A stretch of 64,000 nt of DNA from an uncultured Candidatus Peregrinibacteria bacterium (lineage in GTDB: Bacteria > Patescibacteriota > Gracilibacteria > UBA1369), in NCBI GenBank assembly GCA_937858825.1, contig CALMAI010000004.1, forward strand, positions 3,833 through 67,832, in the 5' to 3' direction. Both the position numbers and the translations under genes were made by a program. Each line of letters begins with the position of its first letter. Within the stretch, counting starts at the first letter, position 1. The notes below the pieces were generated by a model. That model made no database searches, was not told the DNA's origin, and saw only the letters and a list, made by a program, of their open reading frames with translations. Below, in pieces: positions 46,086 to 53,043 of this stretch.

Positions 46086-46907
46086 ATGTTTGTTTGCATT
46101 GATGGGACATTGACACAAGCCCGTGAAGCAAAGATTTCGGTCTTTGATCATGGGTTTTTGTATGGGGATGGTGTGTATGAGACGTTGCGGACGTATGGTG
46201 GCAAGGTTTTTCAACTGGAGAAACATATGAAAAGGCTGGAGTCTTCTGTGCGAGCTTTGGAGATGACTGATGTTTTTGATCCAACAAAAATTGAGCAGTG
46301 GATTGAAAAGACCGTGAAGAAAAATGGTTTTGGGGAATCAAGAATTCGGGTTCAGGTAACGCGTGGGCAGAATGGGTTCACCTTTGGGAAGGCGAAAAAA
46401 ATGGCTGTTGTTATTGTGGTGGAGCGATTGAAGGAGTTGGATGAATCCATTTATAAAAAAGGCGTGGATGCGATGACGGTTGATTGGGAGCGATGTTTGC
46501 CAATGGTGAAGAGTACGAGTTTGTTGCCGATGACTGTTGCGCGGCAGGCTGCGGAGAAAGCTGATTGTTTTGAAGCAATCTTTGTGGAAAATGGATGGGT
46601 GAAAGAGGGATCGATTTCGAATCTGTTTATGGTAAAAAATGGTGTTCTTTTGACTCCAAAGAAGGGAGTTTTGCTTGGGATAACCCGTGGCTTGGTTCTA
46701 AAACTCGCGCGGAAATTGGGGGTGAAGGTGAAAGAGGGCGATTTTACGAAGCGAAAGCTGTATAATGCGGACGAAGTTTTTATTACCAGTACGGTGAAGG
46801 GGATTATTCCGGTGAAAAAAGTGGACAGTGGGAAGATTGGGAATGGGCGTCCGGGATCGATCACCAAAAATTTAATGGCAGCATTTCATGAGTACACTAC
46901 AACATAA
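46086..46907 (+). CDS. pabC: Class IV aminotransferase-fold enzyme, probably aminodeoxychorismate lyase
   Basis: 'FDHGFLYGDGVYETLRTYGGKVFQLEKHMKRLESS' and 'EGSISNLF' are class IV PLP-fold motifs. The PabC assignment rests on context (between pabB and folP). Confidence 0.65.
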   Translation: MFVCIDGTLTQAREAKISVFDHGFLYGDGVYETLRTYGGKVFQLEKHMKRLESSVRALEMTDVFDPTKIEQWIEKTVKKNGFGESRIRVQVTRGQNGFTFGKAKKMAVVIVVERLKELDESIYKKGVDAMTVDWERCLPMVKSTSLLPMTVARQAAEKADCFEAIFVENGWVKEGSISNLFMVKNGVLLTPKKGVLLGITRGLVLKLARKLGVKVKEGDFTKRKLYNADEVFITSTVKGIIPVKKVDSGKIGNGRPGSITKNLMAAFHEYTTT

Positions 46908-47718
46908 ACTGGATAAGGGGCCGCTGGTGATGGGAATTTTGAATGTGACGCCTGACTCTTTTTCTGATGGCGGTAAGTTTATGGACGTTGATGATGCGGT
47001 GGATCGGGCGTTGCAAATGGTGGAGGAGGGCGCAGATATTATTGATATTGGCGGGGAATCAACCGGTCCGGGTTCGGGGAATGTGGATGTGAAAGAGGAG
47101 TTGGAGCGTGTTATTCCGGTATTTGAAAAGTTGCGGCATAAGACGGATGTGCTTTTGTCGGTGGATACGTATAAGCATCAGGTGGCTTTGCATGCGTTAA
47201 CGGTGGGGGCGGATATGGTGAACGATGTGACGGCGTTGCGTGGTGATGATGAGATGGCGAAAAGTCTGGCAGGGCATAAATGTCCGGTGGTATTGATGTA
47301 TGCCAAGGACGAAACTCCGCGAACGACGAATGAGGATGTGCAGTATGACGATGTGGTGGATTCGGTGAAGCGCTTGTTGAAAGAACGGATTGCTGTGGCG
47401 GAGAAGGCGGGAATTAAACGGGATCGTTTGATTATGGATCCGGGAATGGGCGCGTTTGTGAGCAGCGAGCCATTTTATAGTTTACAGCTGTTGAAGCGTT
47501 TGAAGGAACTGGAGAGTCTGGATTGTCCGATTTTGGTTGGAGCTTCGCGAAAATCGTTTATTGGAAAAACATTGGATGTCCCTTTACATGAACGCCTGGA
47601 AGGCGGGCTGGCCGCAGCTGCAATTGCGGTTTGGAATGGAGCTGCTATTATTCGCGCGCACGACGTGAAGGAAACGCGTCGGGTGGTGGACATGGTCCAC
47701 GCGATTCAATCGACTTAA
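46888..47718 (+). CDS. folP: Dihydropteroate synthase
   Basis: 'VMGILNVTPDSFSDGG', 'IIDIGGESTGPG', 'SVDTYK', 'NDV' and 'DPGMGAF…GASRKSFIG' are canonical. Confidence 0.93.
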   Translation: MSTLQHKLDKGPLVMGILNVTPDSFSDGGKFMDVDDAVDRALQMVEEGADIIDIGGESTGPGSGNVDVKEELERVIPVFEKLRHKTDVLLSVDTYKHQVALHALTVGADMVNDVTALRGDDEMAKSLAGHKCPVVLMYAKDETPRTTNEDVQYDDVVDSVKRLLKERIAVAEKAGIKRDRLIMDPGMGAFVSSEPFYSLQLLKRLKELESLDCPILVGASRKSFIGKTLDVPLHERLEGGLAAAAIAVWNGAAIIRAHDVKETRRVVDMVHAIQST

Positions 47719-47722
47719 TAAT

Positions 47723-48172
47723 ATGCTGGTAACCAAAATTTTTACGTTTGATGCGGCTCATCAGCTCACCAACTATTACGGTAAGTGTGAGCGGGTTCAT
47801 GGTCATACCTATACGTTGGAGGTGACGCTGGAAGGGGATGTGCATAGCAATGGAATGGTGATTGATTTTGTTTTGCTCAAGCGGATTGTAAAACGGCAGG
47901 TTTTGGAGCGACTGGATCATCATTTTTTGAATGATGTGCTGGAAAATCCTTCTGCGGAGCGGCTTGCTGTGTGGATTTGGGATCAGCTGAGCGATCTTTC
48001 CAATCATTTAAAGGATGAATTGAACGATCCGAACATGGCTGAAGAGATTAGAAAACTGCTGGAAGATGAGGACGCGGATGTGGATACATCTGATTTGAAC
48101 AAGACATTGCGACTGCATGAAGTGGTTTTGTGGGAGACGCCGACGTCGAAAGTGGTTTATAACGGACGATAA
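47723..48172 (+). CDS. 6-pyruvoyl-tetrahydropterin synthase / QueD-fold enzyme (candidate PTPS-III FolB substitute)
   Basis: 'FTFDAAHQLTNYYGKCERVHGHTYTLEV' and 'DHHFLND' are PTPS/QueD motifs. It sits between folP and folK. Confidence 0.8.
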   Translation: MLVTKIFTFDAAHQLTNYYGKCERVHGHTYTLEVTLEGDVHSNGMVIDFVLLKRIVKRQVLERLDHHFLNDVLENPSAERLAVWIWDQLSDLSNHLKDELNDPNMAEEIRKLLEDEDADVDTSDLNKTLRLHEVVLWETPTSKVVYNGR

Positions 48173-48654
48173 TGAAAAAAGTGTATTTGGGTCTGGGTTC
48201 GAATTTGGGGGATCGGGGGAGGAATTTGCAGGAGGCGTTGGTGCTTTTGGAGCGATGGGGTGTGAAGATTGTGCGTTCATCATCGATTTATGAGACAGAG
48301 CCGTGGGGTTATCTGGATCAGGATTGGTTTTTTAATATGGTGGTGGAAACAGAAACAGAACTTTCACCGGAAGAGCTTTTGCAGGCCACGCAGGCGATTG
48401 AACGGGCGTTGAAGCGTGTAAAGAAGATTCATCTGGGGCCGCGAACTATGGATATCGACATCCTTTTTTACGGAGATATGGTTATGGATAAGCCGGAATT
48501 GAAGATTCCACATCATGGAATTGCGGACCGGAAGAGTGTACTGGTTCCGCTTAACGAAATTGCGCCGGATTTTGTCCATCCAATCTTAAAAAAGTCGATT
48601 GGAGAGCTCTTGTCTACGTGCTCCGATACGTTTATAGTAAATCTCCATGATTAA
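48172..48654 (+). CDS. folK: 2-amino-4-hydroxy-6-hydroxymethyldihydropteridine diphosphokinase (HPPK)
   Basis: 'YLGLGSNLGDR', 'SSIYETEPWG', 'LGPRTMDIDILFYG' and 'IPHHGIADRKSVLVPLNEIAP'. Confidence 0.92.
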   Translation: MKKVYLGLGSNLGDRGRNLQEALVLLERWGVKIVRSSSIYETEPWGYLDQDWFFNMVVETETELSPEELLQATQAIERALKRVKKIHLGPRTMDIDILFYGDMVMDKPELKIPHHGIADRKSVLVPLNEIAPDFVHPILKKSIGELLSTCSDTFIVNLHD

Positions 48655-48659
48655 GAAAT

Positions 48660-49541
48660 ATGGCGACTATCGAATCGTTTGTTGAACATCTGCGATTTTT
48701 GGAGAAGACATCGGTGCGGCTGAGGATTGATTTGCTGCGAATGCTGCATAATGCGCAGTCCGGGCATTTGGGTGGGAGTTTGTCGGTGGTGGAGATGCTG
48801 GTGGCACTTTATTATGGGCAGTTACCGCGTGGACAGGTGATGCGATACGATCCGGAAAAGCCTGGGAGTGAAGAGCAGGACTATTTTGTTTTGTCGAAAG
48901 GGCATGCCAGCCCGGCGCTTTATACAGTTTTGGCTGATCTGGAATTTTTTGATAAAGAGGAGCTGGCCGATTTCCGACAGGTTAATAGTATGTTGCAGGC
49001 TTATCCGTCGAAAAAAATTCCAGGGATTACGCTCTGTAGCGGGAGTCCGGCTTTTGGTTTTGCGGGAGCGGTTGGTTTGGCGATGGCTCTAAAGGCTGAA
49101 CGGCAGCCGTGGAATGTTTTTTGTTTGGTTGGAGATGGAGAGCTTCAGGATGGGCAGTTTTGGGAGGCGGTGCTTTTGGCTCATCACTACAAATTGGATA
49201 ACTTGATTGTGCTGGTGGACTACAATGGTTTACAAATGGATGGATCGCTGCGAACAACGGTGACAGTGGAGCCGATTGCCGATAAGTTTGAGGGGTTTGG
49301 CTGGAAGAGTATTCATGTGATTGATGGGCATAATTTTGAGGATCTTTTGATTGGGATTGAGCGCGGCCTGGAGATTCAGCGCAGGCCGACGGTTTTGATC
49401 TGTCGGACGGTGAAGGGTAAGGGCGTGGCGTTCGCGGAAGGAAAAGCGTCGTATCATGCGGAGGTATTGAGTGATCAGGAGATGTCGGCGGCGTTGCCGG
49501 CTTTGGAAGCGCAATTGAAATCGTATAATCATCCATCATAA
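48660..49541 (+). CDS. Transketolase, N-terminal (TPP-binding) subunit
   Basis: 'GHLGGSLSVVEMLVALYY', 'FVLSKGHASPALYTVLA' and 'LVGDGELQDGQFWEA'. 293 aa, the split form. Confidence 0.92.
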   Translation: MATIESFVEHLRFLEKTSVRLRIDLLRMLHNAQSGHLGGSLSVVEMLVALYYGQLPRGQVMRYDPEKPGSEEQDYFVLSKGHASPALYTVLADLEFFDKEELADFRQVNSMLQAYPSKKIPGITLCSGSPAFGFAGAVGLAMALKAERQPWNVFCLVGDGELQDGQFWEAVLLAHHYKLDNLIVLVDYNGLQMDGSLRTTVTVEPIADKFEGFGWKSIHVIDGHNFEDLLIGIERGLEIQRRPTVLICRTVKGKGVAFAEGKASYHAEVLSDQEMSAALPALEAQLKSYNHPS

Positions 49542-50428
49542 TGTCTCATTTTTCTCTTATCTCAGGTCTGTTGTCGTTGCAGTTGCTCTTTGGAGGTTCG
49601 TTTGTTGTGGATGGTCCTTCAATGGAGCCGACATTGCATAATGGAGATGTGTTTTTGGTGGAGCCGGTCTGGAATGCTGATGAGTATGATCGTGGAGATG
49701 TGGTGGTGTTCTCGCTGGAAGATGATCCTGACTATTTTTATGTGAAGCGGATTATTGGATTGCCTGGAGAAGAGATACAGATTCGTTCGAATGGAGTTTA
49801 TGTGAATGATGAGTTTTTAAAGGAGCCGTATCTGGTTGCGGACACAACGTCTGTTCCGGGAGTTTCCCGGTATGTGGACGATTTTTCACAAACCTATAAT
49901 GTGCCTGCCGGAACGTTTTTTGTGCTTGGGGATAATCGGGAACAGAGTCTGGATTCCAGGCATTTTGAAAATCCTTATATTCCGGTTAATCGGGTTCGGG
50001 GTAAATATGCTGTAAATGTTTTTGAAGAGGAGCAGCCGGTGAACTGGAGTACGGTGGTGATCCATACCGATGATGGGCCGGTGCCGTTTAATGTGGAGGT
50101 TGCGGAAACGCAGGATCAGCGGATGCAGGGATTGATGTTCCGTGAGTCGCTGGATCGTGGTTATGGGATGTATTTTATTTTTGATGAAGAGGCGGTTGTG
50201 GCTTTTTGGATGAAGAATACGTTGATTCCGCTGGATATGATTTTTGTTGATGACCAGGGGTACATTGTGCACATTGTGAAGCGGGCGCAGCCGTGTAAGC
50301 GGGAAAGGTGTCTGACGTATCCTTCCAAATTTCCGGCGAAGTATGTGCTTGAAATTGGCTCACTTGAGACGAATCATTTTGGCATTGAGATTGGGGACAG
50401 GGTGGAGTTTGTTCGTGGCAATAATTGA
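49541..50428 (+). CDS. lepB: Signal peptidase I fused to a C-terminal DUF192 domain
   Basis: SPase I boxes 'DGPSMEPTL', 'YVKRIIGLPGE' and 'GDNREQSLDSRHF'. The C-terminal 'RMQGLMFRESLDRGYGMYFIFDEEAVVAFWMKNTLIPLDMIFVDDQGYIV…KYVLEI' matches DUF192 (COG1430). Confidence 0.85.
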   Translation: MSHFSLISGLLSLQLLFGGSFVVDGPSMEPTLHNGDVFLVEPVWNADEYDRGDVVVFSLEDDPDYFYVKRIIGLPGEEIQIRSNGVYVNDEFLKEPYLVADTTSVPGVSRYVDDFSQTYNVPAGTFFVLGDNREQSLDSRHFENPYIPVNRVRGKYAVNVFEEEQPVNWSTVVIHTDDGPVPFNVEVAETQDQRMQGLMFRESLDRGYGMYFIFDEEAVVAFWMKNTLIPLDMIFVDDQGYIVHIVKRAQPCKRERCLTYPSKFPAKYVLEIGSLETNHFGIEIGDRVEFVRGNN

Positions 50429-50440
50429 TGATTTTTTTGT

Positions 50441-51382
50441 ATGCGATTTAATCCTGAAAAACAGATTTCAACCGAGAAAGCTTTTACTGAATCGTTGGTG
50501 AAGCTGGGTGGGAAGTATAAGAATTTTGTAATTTTGAGCGCGAATGTGGCGGCGCCGCTGGGATTGGCAGCGTTCGACAAAGAACATCCGGACCGGCATT
50601 TTCCGTTTGGGAATAGTTTGCGGGCGATGATTGCGGCGGCAAGCGGATTTGTTGTTCGCGGGAAGATTCCTTTTTTGTGTGGATATGGAATTAGCGTGAC
50701 TGGACGGGGATGGGATTCGATCCGAAACTATTTGAGCGCGACACCGTTGAACGTGAAAATCGTGGGGATTCATGCTGGGATTTTGAATAGTCAGGAAGGG
50801 GCGACACATCAGCCACTGGAGGACATCGCGCTCATGCGATCGATTCCAGGAATGAAGGTGGTCTGTCCTGCTGATGCTGAAGAGGCGAAAAAAGCTGTTG
50901 AAGTTATGATGCTGGATTATGGGCCAACGTATTTGCGTTTGATGCATTTGCCGTTGCCGAATTTGTATGACAAAGAGTACAAGTTTGTTTTTGGGAAAGG
51001 GAATATTTATAAGTCGGGGACGGATGTGTGCATTTTTGCGATCGGAACCACCATGCATACAGCTTTAGACGCTGCGGAAATTCTGGAGCGGAAAGGGAAG
51101 TCGGTGATGGTTGTGAACATGTCTTCGATTGCGCCGTTTGATGAGGATTTGGTGGTGGAGTGCGCGAAAGCGGTGAACCATGTTGTGACGGTGGAGGATC
51201 ATCAGATTATTGGTGGTTTGGGTTCTGCTGTTTGTGAAACGTTGGCGACGCATTATCCGATGAAAGTTTTGCGGTTGGGGATGAATGGGTTTGCGGAGTC
51301 GGGGAAGGTGGATGATGTTTATAGGAAGTATGGGTTGGACGGTGTGGGGATTGCAGAGAAGATTGAGAGCGCAACCAAATAA
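50441..51382 (+). CDS. Transketolase, C-terminal (pyrimidine-binding + C-terminal domain) subunit
   Basis: 'GLAAFDKEHPDRHFPFGNSLRAMIAAASG', 'EGATHQPLEDIALMRSIPGM' and 'VVTVEDHQIIGGLGSAV'. Confidence 0.92.
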   Translation: MRFNPEKQISTEKAFTESLVKLGGKYKNFVILSANVAAPLGLAAFDKEHPDRHFPFGNSLRAMIAAASGFVVRGKIPFLCGYGISVTGRGWDSIRNYLSATPLNVKIVGIHAGILNSQEGATHQPLEDIALMRSIPGMKVVCPADAEEAKKAVEVMMLDYGPTYLRLMHLPLPNLYDKEYKFVFGKGNIYKSGTDVCIFAIGTTMHTALDAAEILERKGKSVMVVNMSSIAPFDEDLVVECAKAVNHVVTVEDHQIIGGLGSAVCETLATHYPMKVLRLGMNGFAESGKVDDVYRKYGLDGVGIAEKIESATK

Positions 51383-51489
51383 AGGGCCAGCTCCTGCGTT
51401 GTCGGAAAGATTTTGATTCCTCACGTATTTTTGAATACGCTGCGGATCAAAATTTTCCTCCGCCTTGGATCTGTCGCCTTTATTTGGTT
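51373..51489. repeat. About 117-nt nested imperfect palindrome overlapping the tkt stop codon
   Basis: Outer arms AACCAAATAAAGGGC (51373-87) / GCCTTTATTTGGTT (51476-89). Middle arms ATTTTGATTCC / GGATCAAAAT. Inner arms ACGTATT-TTTG-AATACG. Confidence 0.6.
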
Positions 51490-51555
51490 GCTTTGTGTAA
51501 CTTTGACTTTTTTAGTGGAGCTGTTGTAGATTGGGGTGCGCGTTAATTATCGTAT

Positions 51556-52422
51556 ATGAATAAGCTAATGACTGAAGAAAATCAACAAAGAGAGATCCAG
51601 GGTGATGATCTTTATCTTGAATCACCAAAGGCATTCCACTTGGAAATGCCGCTTTATCACGAACTTGATATCTTGGATCCTGAAACTGCTGAACGCGTAT
51701 ATGCTTGTATAAGTTATCGGGGAACGATTGATGCTTACTGTGTTTGGTGTGGGAAGGAAAGTGTTTTCAATACTGTTGAAAGGTTTGGGGATGAAATTCC
51801 ACGCCAAGGTCAATCACGTACCGAGGCTTGGATTGAAAGAGGTTCAGATTTTGATAGAGTTGTACATGCGTGTACGCGTAATCATAGTCATGAGTACTAT
51901 GCATACTATTTTAAAGGTGCGGCATTGTTTACAAAAATTGGACAATGGCCATCGGCTGCGGATTTTCAAATTCCTCAGGCAGACAAATATCGGAAAATGC
52001 TAGGAGAGGAGAGGTATAAAGAGTTGACCAAGGGTATAGGTCTTTCGGCTCATGGGGTTGGAATAGGGGCATTTGTGTATCTGCGTAGAGTGTTTGAAAA
52101 GTTGATTGAGGAAGCTCATCTGATTGCTAAGGAGAATGATGAAGCTTTTAATGATGAAACCTATTTAAAAGCAAGAATGGATCAAAAAATTCAAATATTA
52201 CGTGATCATCTTCCATCATTTTTGGTGGAGAATAGATTGTTGTATGGAATTTTGAGCAAAGGCGTACATGAACTTACGGAGGACGAGTGTCGGAAATATT
52301 TTGAGGCGGTGAGAATTGGAATTGAACAAATTCTGGATGAGAAAATTATTCAGGAAGAAAAATTTGAAAAAGCAGAAAAGGCTAGAGAAGCTATTCATCA
52401 AACACATGCAGAGCTCTCTTAG
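51556..52422 (+). CDS. Hypothetical protein: N-terminal Cys/His cluster + DUF4145-like C-terminal helical domain
   Basis: 288 aa. 'CISYRGTIDAYCVWCGKESVF…HACTRNHSHEY', then 'GIGAFVYLRRVFEKLIEEAH' and 'LYGILSKGVHELTEDECRKYFEAV', which resemble DUF4145. Visibly lower GC than the neighbouring genes. Confidence 0.6.
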   Translation: MNKLMTEENQQREIQGDDLYLESPKAFHLEMPLYHELDILDPETAERVYACISYRGTIDAYCVWCGKESVFNTVERFGDEIPRQGQSRTEAWIERGSDFDRVVHACTRNHSHEYYAYYFKGAALFTKIGQWPSAADFQIPQADKYRKMLGEERYKELTKGIGLSAHGVGIGAFVYLRRVFEKLIEEAHLIAKENDEAFNDETYLKARMDQKIQILRDHLPSFLVENRLLYGILSKGVHELTEDECRKYFEAVRIGIEQILDEKIIQEEKFEKAEKAREAIHQTHAELS

Positions 52423-52426
52423 CAGT

Positions 52427-53035
52427 TTAAATCATGATCACCTCTCCATCCTTCAACGTTTTGTATTTCATTCCATGTTCTTGGTAGTATGCGATTTCTT
52501 TGTTGATGTCAGCTGATTCGCTGTGGTCGGATTGGAAATGCGGGGCGAACATCCAGTTGATTATGCCGAGTCCATCCCAGATGGGTTCGTGTTCGCCGTA
52601 GGTTGGGAGGTTTGGTTCGTCGACGATGTGATAGCCTTTGAGTGTTGGAGAAAGAACACACACAGCTGCGCTATAGCCGGCGTAGATTTTGTTTGTTGGA
52701 AGGAATGACTGAAGGATTTTATCGAATCCGCTCAAATTCATGGCGAGGCGGAGATCAAAAACATTGCCACCGCTAATGTAAATAAGGTCGATGTCTTGCA
52801 GCCTTAATGAGAGCTCATCCTTTTTGCCAAAATAATTGCGGAGGTCGAGTCGTTCTGCATCAACGCCAATTTCTTTCAGTTCGCGGAGATCCCAATCTTC
52901 ATGCTTTTTTTGGGTTTCTGGTTTTGCAAAGTCGAGTGCGTTGGAGATATACACTGCTTTGCAATTTTCTGGCAGCAGGTTTTTGAGCTGCTGCGGATCG
53001 TCACCAATTTTGAAGGAAGAGAGGTAGAATTTCAT
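52427..53035 (-). CDS. Peptidase S51 (dipeptidase E-like) family protein
   Basis: Start moved to MKFYLSSFKIG (ATG 53035). The track extension overlaps xfp and is Arg/Pro/Gln junk. 'VYISNALDF' and 'IYISGGNVFDL' are typical S51 motifs. Confidence 0.75.
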   Translation of the reverse strand: MKFYLSSFKIGDDPQQLKNLLPENCKAVYISNALDFAKPETQKKHEDWDLRELKEIGVDAERLDLRNYFGKKDELSLRLQDIDLIYISGGNVFDLRLAMNLSGFDKILQSFLPTNKIYAGYSAAVCVLSPTLKGYHIVDEPNLPTYGEHEPIWDGLGIINWMFAPHFQSDHSESADINKEIAYYQEHGMKYKTLKDGEVIMI

Positions 53036-53043
53036 TGAAAAAT

